A stretch of DNA of 64,000 nucleotides from Gammaproteobacteria bacterium (GCA_019911805.1 JAIOJV010000052.1:45413-109412); one strand, 5' to 3'; counted from the first letter of the stretch, positions 34,390 through 44,632 are shown. The notes: a model not told the origin generated them from the letters alone. Numbers and translations are program-made.

Positions 34390-35394
34390 CTACGCAAACA
34401 ATGTCTCCACCGAGACGCCTTCATCTTCGAGGATCTCCCGTAATCGCTTCAGGGCCTCCAGCTGGATCTGACGCACGCGTTCACGCGTCAGGCCGATCTC
34501 CGCACCGATCTGCTCGAGGGTAGCGACCTTGCGGCCATTCAGGCCAAAGCGCCGCTCCAGCATGGTCCGCTGCCTGCTGTTCAACTGGCCGAGCCAGCCT
34601 TCCATCTGCTTGTGCAGATCATCGTCAGCAAGCAGCTCCAGCGGGTCGCTGCTGTTCTCGTCGGGGATGCAGTCGAACAGTGATTTGTCGGAATCATGAC
34701 CGTGAGTGTCGTCCACCGAGGCGGTCACCTCACGCAGCGCCAGCATCTGTCTGACCTCATCCTGCGGCTTGTTCAGGTGTGCCGCGATCTCCTCGATGCT
34801 CGGCTCAAAACCATGGTGTTGTGTCAGGGTCCGTTGGGCACGCAGACAGGTATTGATCGCCTTGGCGATGTGGACCGGCAGACGGATGGTGCGGGACTGG
34901 TTCATGATGGCCCGATCGATGTTCTGGCGTATCCACCACACGGCATAAGTGGAAAAGCGGAAACCGCGCTCGGGGTCGAATTTCTCGACGGCATGCATCA
35001 GACCGAGATTGCCTTCCTCGATCAGATCGAGGAAAGGGAGGCCGCGGTTCAGGTAGCGGCGGGCGACCTTGACGACCAGGCGCAGATTGCTTTCGATCAT
35101 GCGCCGGCGGGCGGACGCGTCGCCCTGCCGTACCAGCCGGCCGTAATGGACCTCTTCTGCGGCGCTCAGCAGGGGTGACGTGCCGACCTCGTTCAGGTAC
35201 AGACGGGTGGCGTCCCACTGGGCATCGACGGCAGGGACGCTGCCGGTGCGACGGTTTGTTGATGCCGTATTCCCGGTTTCACGCACCTCATCGTCGTCAA
35301 ACGGTGTGGCTGCGTTGCCGATCTCGAAGGCCGGGTGGGCCGCTGCTGCGCGGCCCCGGCGGGGGGCTGTAGTTGCGTGGGTGGTTGCTCTCAT
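34390..35394 (-). CDS. rpoS: RNA polymerase sigma factor RpoS
   Basis: [20 protein letters not shown]...[60 protein letters not shown]...[31 protein letters not shown]. This is near-collinear with E. coli RpoS as I remember it. Confidence 0.85.
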   Translation of the reverse strand: MRATTHATTAPRRGRAAAAHPAFEIGNAATPFDDDEVRETGNTASTNRRTGSVPAVDAQWDATRLYLNEVGTSPLLSAAEEVHYGRLVRQGDASARRRMIESNLRLVVKVARRYLNRGLPFLDLIEEGNLGLMHAVEKFDPERGFRFSTYAVWWIRQNIDRAIMNQSRTIRLPVHIAKAINTCLRAQRTLTQHHGFEPSIEEIAAHLNKPQDEVRQMLALREVTASVDDTHGHDSDKSLFDCIPDENSSDPLELLADDDLHKQMEGWLGQLNSRQRTMLERRFGLNGRKVATLEQIGAEIGLTRERVRQIQLEALKRLREILEDEGVSVETLFA

Positions 35395-35621
35395 GCCGAC
35401 TCCCTTCGTTTGGGTATCCCGTTCGTCTGGCGGGGCTGTCGCAATTAAAGCGTCTTCGCGCGGATGGGAAAATCCGGGCGTCTACGTACGTATAAGTACG
35501 TAGTTCATCGCGGTGTATCCCGGGATACAAGGTCGAGGTGGCCCGGAGGGCGTCATGATCGTGGCGCACCACAGCGGCTATCCTGCCGGCGCAGTAGATC
35601 AGTCCCAAGTCCGTCAGGCTT

Positions 35622-36257
35622 TTAGGGGCGTGCGGGATCGGTGTCGAGCAGGCCCAGGGCCTGGCTCATGGTGGTCAGATCGACGGCCGAGCGGGCCGCC
35701 ATCTTCTGCATGATGTGCGTGCGGTGGGTCTCTACGGTGCGGTGGCTGATGCGAAGCACCCGGGCGATCTCCTTGCTGCTGTGCCCGGCGACCACCAGCG
35801 CGAGCACATCCCGTTCACGGTCCGTGAGCGAGGCATACCGCGACCGCAGCGCCTCGGACTCGTCGCGCTGCGCCTGCTGCCGGGCGGCGGTCGCCAGGGC
35901 GGCCCGGACGCGGTCGATCAGCAGCCCGCCCTCGACCGGCTTGGTCAGAAAATCCATTGCCCCGGCCTTGATCGCCGCCACACTGGTGGGGATGTCGCCA
36001 TGGGCGGTCAGGAAGATGATCGGCAGGTGGATGCCGCACCGGTTCAACTCCTGCTGCAGGGCCGGCCCGTTCATGCCCGGCATGCGCACGTCCAGGATCA
36101 GACAGGCCGGATGGACGATGTCCCTGCAGGCCGCCAGGAAGGCTTCACCGCCGGCGTAACGCTCCACACGGAAGCCCGAGACCTCCAGCAGCATGGACAG
36201 CGCATCGCGTACGGCGGTGTCGTCATCGACCAGATAGACGGTGGGTGTCGCGCTCAT
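35622..36257 (-). CDS. response regulator, REC + LuxR/FixJ-type HTH
   Basis: VYLVDDD...ILDVRMPGMNG...TAHGD (REC domain) followed by LTDRERDVLALVVAGHSSKEIARVLRISHRTVETHR. Confidence 0.85.
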   Translation of the reverse strand: MSATPTVYLVDDDTAVRDALSMLLEVSGFRVERYAGGEAFLAACRDIVHPACLILDVRMPGMNGPALQQELNRCGIHLPIIFLTAHGDIPTSVAAIKAGAMDFLTKPVEGGLLIDRVRAALATAARQQAQRDESEALRSRYASLTDRERDVLALVVAGHSSKEIARVLRISHRTVETHRTHIMQKMAARSAVDLTTMSQALGLLDTDPARP

Positions 36258-37750
36258 GATTCGTCCGCCGGCAGGATGAAGCTGAAGCGGGCACCGGTCC
36301 CGGGCGACTCGGCCCAGAGTCGCCCGCCCTGCGCCTCGATCAGGGTGCGGCTGAGAGCGAGTCCCATCCCCAGTCCATCGGATTTGGTGGTAAAGAAGGG
36401 GTCGAAGATCCGGCTCAGTACCGCTGGAGGGAGGCCGGGGCCGGTGTCCTCGATGGTGGTCTGCACCTGACCCTCGGCGTTGATGAGGGTATGGATGGTT
36501 ATCGTGGCATCACTGCCATCCTTTGTGCACAGGATATCGCCGGCGTTCTGCAGCAGGTTCATCACGACCTTCTCCGTCTGTACACGGCTGGCCCGCACAC
36601 GCGGCAGGTCCGTCGCCAGCATCAGCCGCAGAGGCTGGCCGTTGAGGCAGTCGATGGCCTCGCACTGCACCACGGCATCCCGGATGGTGGTATTGAGGTC
36701 CAGTGATTCGGTGGCGACTTCGCCGCGGTGGAGGAAGGCGAGCAGCTCGCGCATGACGTTGCCGGCGCGCTGGACCTGCCTGACGCTCTGCCCGAGGGCA
36801 TGCTGCACCTTGGCCATGTCTGCGCCATCGTGCAGCATCCGCAACGATGCCTCGGTATACGCGGCCACGGCGTTCAGCGGCTGGTTGAGTTCATGCGCGA
36901 TGGCCGCGGCGGTCTGGCTGGCCGTGTTCAGATGCATGAGGCGCTCCATCTCGCTGCGGCGCCGCTGCAGTTCCTTCTCTGCACGTTTCTGCTCGGTGAT
37001 GTCCAGCGCGATCACATAGAAACCCAGTACTCCGCCCTGTCGCCCGATATGTGGCAGGTAGCGCACATGCAGCTTTCGCTGCTCGCAGTTGACGCTGAAG
37101 GTGCGGTCGAATTCACGGGGTTCTCCGGCGAGCACTGCCTGGATATCGGAGTGGGTCGCGGCGTAGCTCTCGCCGAGGAATTCCTTCAGGGTCATGCCAT
37201 ACAATACCTCGGACGTCAGCCCGAACCATTCGGCATAACGCTGGTTGGTGTAGCGGAGGCGCTCCGACCGGTCGACATAGCTCAGCAGGCCGGGAAAACC
37301 GTTGGCCACTGCCTGCAGCCGTTCTTCGGCCTCGCGCTTTTCGGTACGCAGCCGCCGTTCGCGCAGGGCGCGCTCGATCACGGTCGGCAGGAGTTTCAGG
37401 TACTGGCGTTCGGTATCCTTGACCAGATAGTCGTGCGCACCCAGGCGCAGGCTCTCGACCGCCAGGCTGGCCCGGTCCGCGCCGGTCAGCATGATCACCG
37501 GCACCGGAATCTTGCCTGCGTCCGTGGCCAGGCCGACCAATACTTCGGTACCGCTCAGATCCGGTAGCTGGTAATCGAGCAGGATGCAGTCCGGCTGCAG
37601 CCGCCGCGCCAGCCGCAACCCCTCGCGGCCGGTGTCCGCCTCACTGAAGTGGTACTCGACGTCCGTCTGCAGTGTCAGCTCACGCCGGCAGGCCATGCGG
37701 TCGACCCGATCGTCCTCGATGATCAGCAGCTGGATGGGCGTTCCAGTCAT
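36254..37750 (-). CDS. hybrid REC-PAS-histidine kinase
   Basis: ORF 36254..37999. ATG 37750 (MTGTPIQLLIIEDDRVD) overlaps the upstream stop as ATGA. Domains are REC, then a PAS-like region, then an H-box (IAHELNQPLNA) and an HATPase_c (DTGPGLP...GMGLALSR). The stop overlaps the next gene as ATGA (36257-36254). Confidence 0.8.
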   Translation of the reverse strand: MTGTPIQLLIIEDDRVDRMACRRELTLQTDVEYHFSEADTGREGLRLARRLQPDCILLDYQLPDLSGTEVLVGLATDAGKIPVPVIMLTGADRASLAVESLRLGAHDYLVKDTERQYLKLLPTVIERALRERRLRTEKREAEERLQAVANGFPGLLSYVDRSERLRYTNQRYAEWFGLTSEVLYGMTLKEFLGESYAATHSDIQAVLAGEPREFDRTFSVNCEQRKLHVRYLPHIGRQGGVLGFYVIALDITEQKRAEKELQRRRSEMERLMHLNTASQTAAAIAHELNQPLNAVAAYTEASLRMLHDGADMAKVQHALGQSVRQVQRAGNVMRELLAFLHRGEVATESLDLNTTIRDAVVQCEAIDCLNGQPLRLMLATDLPRVRASRVQTEKVVMNLLQNAGDILCTKDGSDATITIHTLINAEGQVQTTIEDTGPGLPPAVLSRIFDPFFTTKSDGLGMGLALSRTLIEAQGGRLWAESPGTGARFSFILPADES

Positions 37751-38163
37751 TCGGGTAGTTCGCTCAGGGTCCAGTAGGTGTCGATGGAGCGGATGGTCTC
37801 GACGAACTGACGGTAGTCGACCGGCTTGCACATATAACCGGCCACGCCCAGATCGAAACTCTCTATCTTGTCGCGCTGCTCCTCGGACGTGGTCAGGACC
37901 ACCACCGGGATGCGCCTCAGCTCGGGGTCGTTCTTCGCGACCCGCAGGAACTCGATGCCGTTCATGATGGGCATGTTGAGGTCCAGCAGGATCAGGCACG
38001 GCCGCTCGATGTCCGCCGCCTTCAGCCTGTGCAGCGCCTGCTGGCCGTTCTCCGCGACGTCCAGACGGTTGGTGACGTGCAGCTCCTTGAGGGCGCGCTG
38101 CACGGTCATGACATCGACCTGATCATCCTCGATCAGCAGAATGGGGCGTGCGGTCTTTCTCAT
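37747..38163 (-). CDS. single-domain CheY-like response regulator
   Basis: PILLIEDDQVD...ILLDLNMPIMNG...VVVLTTS...YMCKP, 138 aa. Confidence 0.85.
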   Translation of the reverse strand: MRKTARPILLIEDDQVDVMTVQRALKELHVTNRLDVAENGQQALHRLKAADIERPCLILLDLNMPIMNGIEFLRVAKNDPELRRIPVVVLTTSEEQRDKIESFDLGVAGYMCKPVDYRQFVETIRSIDTYWTLSELPE

Positions 38164-40078
38164 CGTTCACTTCTCCGGTCGCTTGATGTGCATGTTCCAT
38201 GGGCAGAGTGAAAAAGAAAGTGCTGCCCGTGTCCGGCGTGGATTCCACCCAGACCCGCCCACCGAACAGGTCGACGATCTTCTTCACGATCGCCAGGCCG
38301 ACGCCGGTGCTCTCGACCCGGTCGCGCGGCTGCAGTGTCTGGAAGAGCTGGAATACCTTGTCGTACTGGGCGGGATCGATGCCCGGCCCATTGTCGGTGA
38401 TGTGGAATTTCCACATCCCGCCGGCGGCGGTGCAGCCGACGCGGATGTCGCCCTCCGGCTTGTCCAGATAGGTGATGGCGTTGGCGATCAGGTTCTGGAA
38501 CAGCTGCTGCATGCGCGTGGGTTCGGCCTCTACGGTCGGCAGCGGATTCTCGATGGTTACACGGATGTTCTCCGGCGGGTGGAGGGCATCCACGACGTCC
38601 TCCACCAGTTGCTGCAGGTGTACCGGTACGATGGTCTCGCGCACCCGCCCGATGCGTGAATACTCGAGGATGCCGTCGATCAGCCCATCCAGGCGGCGCA
38701 CCCGCTGTCTCAGGAGCCGGAGAAACTCCTGCCCCTGACCGTCGAGTTGCTCGGCGTAATCCGTCGACAGCCAGTCTGCGAGTGAGCCGATGCTGCGCAA
38801 CGGCGCCTTGAGGTCGTGTGATACGACATAGGCGAAGCTGGCCAGTTCCGTATTGACGGTCTTGAGGGCGACATTGGCCTTCTGCAGCTCCGCCGTGCGG
38901 GCCTGGACACGGTGTTCGAGCTCGGCGTTGAGATGGCGCAGTTCGGCCTCGGCAGCGCCGCGCGCCCGGTCGGCGCGCTCGAGACTGGCCGCCATCTCGT
39001 CGAAGGCCCGCGCGAGTGTACCGAACTCGCCGGGGCCGTGTCGCAGCCCGGTCCGGGCGCCGAGTTCGCCGCCGGCCAAGCGGTGCGACGCGGCGACCAG
39101 GGTGCGGACCTGGCGCAGCACGAACATGTCGGCGCCCAGCCAGGCCATGGCGATGGTCAGGGCCGCAGCCAGGGTCAGGATGATCACATTGCGCCACAGC
39201 AGACGGTCCGCATCACGATAGGCGATGGCCGTGGGGATGCCGACGGCCACATAGGCGTCCAGGTCGCGCTCTGTGTGCCGGATCGGCAGAAACCCATACA
39301 GGCGCTGCACGGCGCCGGTGTCGGTCAGTTCCGCGGTACCCTCGTGGGCGCGCGCGGCAACGTGGCGGAACAGCGGCGAATCCCGCATGTCCCGTCCCAG
39401 CCAGTCCTGCGGGTCGGGGTACCGGCTGAGGACAACGCCGGTGCGGTCCCAGAGCGTGAGCACGGAGCCCGCTGGCAGTTCGGTCTTCGCCTGGTATTCG
39501 TTGAGCCAGCCGAGATCCAATGCGACGAACAGGACGGCACGAATGCTGCCCGGTGCCGCGAAGACCGGCACGGCGAGATGCAACACGGCCTGGTTCGCTG
39601 CAAAGGCTGCGTGGTAGTCCCCGACGCTGAAGGTCTGGGTTTCGATCACCTGGCGAAAGAAACTCCACTGGCGCAGATCGTCCGGGCGCAGTATCGGTCG
39701 CACGCTGCAGAGGATCTCGCCGTCGGGCCGGATCAGGCCGGCATTGATGTAGCGCCCCTGCTCGGCGATCAGCGGGGCGAGATGGCTCGTACAAACGGTA
39801 GCATCGGCCGCGCGTACCGGTGGGAGTTCGGCAAGCGCCTGGAGGACATAGCGGGCGTTCTCGGTGAGCAGCGCCTGACTGTTGGCGATCATGTGGGCGG
39901 CGCGCAGCGCGTCGCTCTCCGCCGCCGCCGCCGCCGTGGCGCGTTGCTCGGTTGCCGTGTAGACCATCACGCCCAGGGCCGGCAGGGTCGCGAGTGTCAC
40001 CAGCAGGAACAGGCGTGCGCGCAGACGCAGACCGAAGAACGTTTCCCAGAAAGAGGTCGCTGAGATTTGCGGGCTCAC
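38123..40078 (-). CDS. membrane sensor histidine kinase (periplasmic Cache-like domain, HAMP, HisKA, HATPase_c)
   Basis: Two TM segments flank a ~270-aa periplasmic region. The rest is a HAMP-like linker, a coiled coil, an H-box (SFAYVVSHDLKAPLRSI), and N and G boxes (NLIANAITY, DNGPGID, GVGLAIVKK). Confidence 0.85.
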   Translation of the reverse strand: MSPQISATSFWETFFGLRLRARLFLLVTLATLPALGVMVYTATEQRATAAAAAESDALRAAHMIANSQALLTENARYVLQALAELPPVRAADATVCTSHLAPLIAEQGRYINAGLIRPDGEILCSVRPILRPDDLRQWSFFRQVIETQTFSVGDYHAAFAANQAVLHLAVPVFAAPGSIRAVLFVALDLGWLNEYQAKTELPAGSVLTLWDRTGVVLSRYPDPQDWLGRDMRDSPLFRHVAARAHEGTAELTDTGAVQRLYGFLPIRHTERDLDAYVAVGIPTAIAYRDADRLLWRNVIILTLAAALTIAMAWLGADMFVLRQVRTLVAASHRLAGGELGARTGLRHGPGEFGTLARAFDEMAASLERADRARGAAEAELRHLNAELEHRVQARTAELQKANVALKTVNTELASFAYVVSHDLKAPLRSIGSLADWLSTDYAEQLDGQGQEFLRLLRQRVRRLDGLIDGILEYSRIGRVRETIVPVHLQQLVEDVVDALHPPENIRVTIENPLPTVEAEPTRMQQLFQNLIANAITYLDKPEGDIRVGCTAAGGMWKFHITDNGPGIDPAQYDKVFQLFQTLQPRDRVESTGVGLAIVKKIVDLFGGRVWVESTPDTGSTFFFTLPMEHAHQATGEVNDEKDRTPHSADRG

Positions 40079-40362
40079 AGCGGGGGCGTTGCAACGGTTG
40101 CGGAGTCTGCCAGCGGCGGGGCCGGCGGCCGTGGGGCCGGACGATGCAATGACTCAGGACAGGTGAGATCTGGGTCTGCTGACAAGAGGCGCCCCCTGCT
40201 TACGTGGTATTTTCGTGACGGCTGTGTGCGCTGAACCCGTGCTTCCGGGGAGTATGCAAATCCGTGCTATCGCTCGCAACGTCCGCAAGCAGGAGCTTGG
40301 CTTTTGTCATGCATGCCCCTTCCCCAACCACGCCTGTTCGAGCATTTGACTCGGGCGATACA

Positions 40363-40525
40363 TTGATAGTGGCATGATCCACCCCTGAACCCGGTACCAG
40401 GGCCGCACTATCGGAACCCTTGTCGGAAATCCTGCGCCGGTCGCCCCGAACGCCCGGGTCCAAGATACCACGTGGTGTCGCGTGCAGGCCTCCGCTGGAG
40501 GCGGTTCTTGCCCACCACTACCCCC
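40363..40525 (+). repeat. diverged partial duplicate of the thrS leader plus first ~6 codons (start ATG changed to TTG)
   Basis: By eye it aligns with 42584-42716. Examples: CGCCCCGAACG-CCCGGGT..CCAAGATACCACGTGGTGTCGCGTGCAGG vs CGCCCCGAACGGCCCGGGTTTCCAGGACACCACGTGGCCCCGCGTACAGG, and CTGGAGGCGGTTCTTGCCCACCACTACCCC vs CTGGAGACGACCATGCCCACCATCACCC. Confidence 0.7.
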
Positions 40526-40569
40526 TGTAAATCCAGGATCATTATCCGGGCTTTACACCACGAGCTTTT

Positions 40570-40598
40570 TTCCGTGTTGTTCCGTGGATTCCCTGGCC
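40570..40598. repeat. solo right-arm copy of the heptad repeat (R5)
   Basis: TTCCGTGTTGTTCCGTGGATTCCCTGGCC. Confidence 0.6.
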
Positions 40599-40771
40599 AT
40601 ATTTCCAAGAACCTGGTTCAAGTAAGCGCCCTGCAGCTCGTACCCCTGCGTCAGAATGGTTGTCGGCACACTTGAAAGGCGTCGGGACCATCCATATATA
40701 TATTGATGATCCTGGAGTACGGGGGCCGCAGGGTCGCCGCCCTGAAGTACACAACACACAAGGAGACCGAC

Positions 40772-41419
40772 ATGAGTTTACGCATCAACGATACTGTGCC
40801 CGATTTCTCGGTTGATACCAGCCAGGGGAAGATCCGGTTTCACGACTGGATCGGTGACAGCTGGGCGATCCTGTTCAGCCACCCGAAGGATTTCACACCG
40901 GTGTGCACCACTGAATTCGGCGCTGTGGCGCAGTTGAACGATGAATGGAAGGCACGCAATACCAAGGTCATCGGTATCTCCGTCGACGGTGTCGAGGATC
41001 ACATGAAATGGATCGGCGACATCGAGAAATTCAGCGGTGCCGACGTCGATTTCCCGATCATTGCGGACGAAGACCTGAAGGTGTCGAAGCTCTATGGCAT
41101 GCTTCCAGCCGAGGCCTACCTGCCGGATGGCCGCACCCCGGCCGACAGCGCGACCGTGCGGTCGGTCTACATCATCGGGCCGGATAAGCAGCTGAAACTT
41201 TCCATGACCTACCCGATGAACGTGGGCCGCAATTTCGCCGAGATCCTGCGGGCACTGGACGGGCTGCAGACCGCGGCTAAGGAGAATGTCGCCACGCCGG
41301 CCGACTGGAACGTCGGCGAAGACGTGATCGTGCCGACGTCCGTTTCGACCGAGGATGCGAAGAAGAAGTACGGCAAGGTAAAGGAGATCTTTCCCTACCT
41401 GCGGACAGCGAAACTCTGA
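40772..41419 (+). CDS. 1-Cys peroxiredoxin (Prx6-like)
   Basis: ORF 40703..41419; ATG 40772 is preceded by AGGAGA. MSLRINDTVPDF...WAILFSHPKDFTPVCTTE is the peroxidatic-Cys motif. Confidence 0.85.
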   Translation: MSLRINDTVPDFSVDTSQGKIRFHDWIGDSWAILFSHPKDFTPVCTTEFGAVAQLNDEWKARNTKVIGISVDGVEDHMKWIGDIEKFSGADVDFPIIADEDLKVSKLYGMLPAEAYLPDGRTPADSATVRSVYIIGPDKQLKLSMTYPMNVGRNFAEILRALDGLQTAAKENVATPADWNVGEDVIVPTSVSTEDAKKKYGKVKEIFPYLRTAKL

Positions 41420-41442
41420 CGGGTGTCGTAGCGGCTATTGCA

Positions 41443-41466
41443 AAGCCCCGGGCGTTCCGGGGCTTT
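41443..41466. terminator. hairpin between convergent peroxiredoxin and PEP-CTERM genes
   Basis: AGCCCCGG-gcgtt-CCGGGGCT followed by TTGTCGTC. The U-tract is weak. Confidence 0.4.
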
Positions 41467-41596
41467 GTCGTCTGCGCCTGGCATGGGCGCACTTCATCGG
41501 TGCGCAGGGTTCAGTTCGTTCATACCCTGGAACGTCAACAACTTTGTACTGGCAGCTCGGATTATCACCGGCCAGAGGCTGTGACCCTCTCCGGTA

Positions 41597-42109
41597 CTAG
41601 TGACGTCTCTTTTTCCCAGCGACCCCGACCAGCCCCAACAGGCCGGAGCCCAGGAGCCAGACAGCCGCCGGTACCGGTATCGGGCTCACTTGGGTCGTCG
41701 CATCAACGGCCACGTCAGTTCCCGCCACGCCGAAGCTGAAAGCGGTGCGTACCGTGTACGTCGTATTGTTCACCAAGTCTGCTGAAAAGGAGACACTTGA
41801 CTGTCCGCCGCCGCTCAGGCCGGAGGCGATCGGGGAGCCAGCCGGGGATGAAACCCCCGCATACAACTCGATAGAGAAGGCACCCGCCTGAAAGATCCCG
41901 GTGCCCGATGGCACCAGACTGAAGCTGATGATCGCGTCGGCGGTATCCGCGACAGCGAAGAACGTGTAATAGTCATCGTAGCTGCCCGGCGTAAGCCCTA
42001 CCCGTGTGTCGGAAACGGGTGGTGGGAAGTTACCGAGACTCCCCAGCGATGCGGCATGGATGGACAGTGGGGCGAGTGAGCACACAACCGCGCAGATGTA
42101 TTTCCTCAT
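41597..42109 (-). CDS. PEP-CTERM sorting-domain secreted protein
   Basis: ATG 42109 gives MRKYICAVVCSLAPLSIHAA (signal peptide). The C-terminus VPVPAAVWLLGSGLLGLVGVAGKKRRH is a PEP-CTERM anchor. Confidence 0.7.
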   Translation of the reverse strand: MRKYICAVVCSLAPLSIHAASLGSLGNFPPPVSDTRVGLTPGSYDDYYTFFAVADTADAIISFSLVPSGTGIFQAGAFSIELYAGVSSPAGSPIASGLSGGGQSSVSFSADLVNNTTYTVRTAFSFGVAGTDVAVDATTQVSPIPVPAAVWLLGSGLLGLVGVAGKKRRH

Positions 42110-42525
42110 AGCCACCTTCCCCTCCAGAATAATTTTTTGGAATATGTTCGACTTGCCGACTGGTTGCCGGTCAGACGGTATAACGTCCCGCGCATACACA
42201 GCAAGTATTGTTCCGTTTCAGCCCAGGCGAGCGATAACATCTTGTTATCAGATGAATTTGATCCCTTTATCTGTCAGGCTCGGGGCGCGCTGACGGTTAT
42301 TCTATTAAGGTGATCTGTAAATGTTCTCGACAGGCCGATCGCCGATAGACCATTCTATCTCCTTGTTATCTCGAATGAATTCGCATGAGTATACGGTTTG
42401 GGTCGGTGGTAGGTATCCCGACAGTCTCCCGGCCATAGCGGACAGTGCAGTTTGGATGAAGACGCGCAAACGCCCTGCCTTCTAATTGAAGGACGGATTT
42501 TTGTGTGACAACAGCGCGCCGTGAT

Positions 42526-42555
42526 TTGACCCGCCCGACCACCGACGTGTAGTAT
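42526..42555 (+). promoter_or_regulatory. thrS: candidate sigma70 promoter of thrS (TTGACC-N18-TAGTAT)
   Basis: TTGACC 42526-42531 and TAGTAT 42550-42555. It would give a ~135-nt leader before ATG 42699. Confidence 0.35.
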
Positions 42556-42698
42556 CCGCGCTCCGATGATGCCCTGTAAGTGATTGATAGGGGCGCGATT
42601 CACCCTCTGATGAGGCGAATTCAGGGAACCCGCCCCGAACGGCCCGGGTTTCCAGGACACCACGTGGCCCCGCGTACAGGTCACCACTGGAGACGACC

Positions 42699-44630
42699 AT
42701 GCCCACCATCACCCTTCCCGACGGCAGTCAGCGCCAGTTCGATCAGCCGGTCAGCGTACAGGACGTGGCCGCCGCCATCGGCCCCGGGCTGGCCAAGGCC
42801 GCACTCGCCGGTCGGATCGACGGGCGCATGGTCGACACCTCCCATGTGATCGACCGGGATACGAGCCTGGCCATCGTCACCAGTAAGGACGAGGACGCCC
42901 TGGAGTTGCTGCGTCATGACGCCGCGCATGTGATGGCCCAGGCGGTGCAGGAGCTGTATCCGGGTACCCAGGTCACCATCGGCCCGGCCATCGAGCATGG
43001 CTTCTATTACGACTTTGCCCGCGACGAAGCCTTCACGCCCGAGGACCTGACCCGGATCGAGGCGCGCATGCACGAGATCGTCAAACGGGATCTGCCGATC
43101 CATCGCGAGGTCTGGGACCGGAGCGAGGCGATCAAGGTCTTCGGCGACCTCGGCGAGGCCTACAAGGTCGAGATCATCGAGGACCTCATCCCCGAGGGCG
43201 AGGCGGTCTCCGTCTATCGTCAGGGCGATTGGTTCGATATCTGCCGCGGCCCACATCTCCCCAGCACCGGCAAACTCGGCAAGGCCTTCAAGCTCATGAG
43301 TGTGGCCGGCGCCTACTGGCGCGGCGATTCCCGCAACGCCATGCTGCAGCGCATCTACGGCACGGCCTGGCGTACCCCGGCCGAGTTGCAGGACTATCTG
43401 TACCGTCTGGAAGAGGCCGAGAAGCGCGACCACCGCAAGCTCGCCAAACAGCTGCACCTGTTTCACATGCAGGAGGAGGCGCCGGGCATGGTGTTCTGGC
43501 ACCCCAACGGCTGGGTCATCTGGCAGGCGGTGGAACAGTACATGCGCGCCAAGCTGGACGCCCACGGTTATCAGGAGGTGCGTACGCCCCTGGTGGTGGA
43601 CCGCAGCCTGTGGGAGAAATCCGGCCACTGGGACTTCTACGGGGAGTACATGTTCACGACCCAATCGGAAAACCGCGACTACGCGGTCAAGCCGATGAAC
43701 TGCCCGTGCCATGTCCAGATCTTCAACCACGGCCTGCGCAGCTACCGCGACCTGCCACTGCGCATGGCCGAGTTCGGCTCCTGCCACCGCAACGAACCCT
43801 CCGGCGCGCTGCACGGCCTGTTGCGCGTGCGTGGCTTCACGCAGGACGATGCGCACATCTTCTGCACCGAGGAGCAGATGCAGGATGAGGCCGAGCGCTT
43901 CATCGAACTGGTGCTGGAGGTCTATCGGGACTTCGGCTTCGAGGACATCCTGTTCAAGCTCTCGACCCGCCCGGATAAACGCGTGGGTGGCGATGAGGTG
44001 TGGACCAAGGCGGAACACGCCCTGGAACGGGCCCTCAATGCCACGGGCCTGGACTGGGACCTGCAGCCGGGCGAGGGGGCCTTCTACGGGCCCAAGATCG
44101 AATTCTCCCTGAAGGACTGCCTCGGGCGGGTCTGGCAGTGCGGCACCCTGCAACTGGACTTCGTCATGCCCAGCCGGTTGGGGGCGGAATATGTGGCCGA
44201 GGACAACAGCCGCCGGGTGCCGGTGATGCTGCACCGGGCGGTCCTCGGCTCCCTGGAGCGCTTCATCGGTATCCTCATCGAACACCACGCAGGCATCATG
44301 CCGGCCTGGCTGGCCCCGGTGCAGGCGGTGGTCATGAGTATCACCGACCGTCAGAACGCGGCCGTCCTGGCGGTCGAGGAATCCTTGCGAAATCAGGGTA
44401 TCCGGGTGAAATCGGACTTGAGAAACGAGAAGATCGGCTTTAAAATCCGCGAGCACACGATTCAGCGCGTGCCCTACCTGTTGGTAGTCGGCGATCGCGA
44501 GGCTGAGTCGAATTCTGTGGCCGTGCGCACGCGAGCAGGCAAGGATCTGGGCGCGATGCCGGTGGAGACCGTCGTCGCGCGCCTGAACGCCGAGATCGCG
44601 AGCCGCGGCCGAACTGTTTTGGAGGGCTGA
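42699..44630 (+). CDS. thrS: threonine--tRNA ligase
   Basis: 643 aa. [24 protein letters not shown] (TGS domain), an editing domain, and class II core motifs ([24 protein letters not shown]). Confidence 0.95.
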   Translation: MPTITLPDGSQRQFDQPVSVQDVAAAIGPGLAKAALAGRIDGRMVDTSHVIDRDTSLAIVTSKDEDALELLRHDAAHVMAQAVQELYPGTQVTIGPAIEHGFYYDFARDEAFTPEDLTRIEARMHEIVKRDLPIHREVWDRSEAIKVFGDLGEAYKVEIIEDLIPEGEAVSVYRQGDWFDICRGPHLPSTGKLGKAFKLMSVAGAYWRGDSRNAMLQRIYGTAWRTPAELQDYLYRLEEAEKRDHRKLAKQLHLFHMQEEAPGMVFWHPNGWVIWQAVEQYMRAKLDAHGYQEVRTPLVVDRSLWEKSGHWDFYGEYMFTTQSENRDYAVKPMNCPCHVQIFNHGLRSYRDLPLRMAEFGSCHRNEPSGALHGLLRVRGFTQDDAHIFCTEEQMQDEAERFIELVLEVYRDFGFEDILFKLSTRPDKRVGGDEVWTKAEHALERALNATGLDWDLQPGEGAFYGPKIEFSLKDCLGRVWQCGTLQLDFVMPSRLGAEYVAEDNSRRVPVMLHRAVLGSLERFIGILIEHHAGIMPAWLAPVQAVVMSITDRQNAAVLAVEESLRNQGIRVKSDLRNEKIGFKIREHTIQRVPYLLVVGDREAESNSVAVRTRAGKDLGAMPVETVVARLNAEIASRGRTVLEG

Positions 44631-44632
44631 GT

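Noticed and set aside
42681-44456. 591-aa minus-strand ORF antisense to thrS. Similar cases are antisense to pheT (47189..48415), the DAHP synthase gene (57663..58847) and adhC (28673..29818), or in an alternative frame of kup (55002..56345) and of the MFS/fghA genes (26323..27825).
   Set aside because: Each overlaps a confidently identified housekeeping gene and has an Arg/Gly/His-rich composition unlike real proteins.
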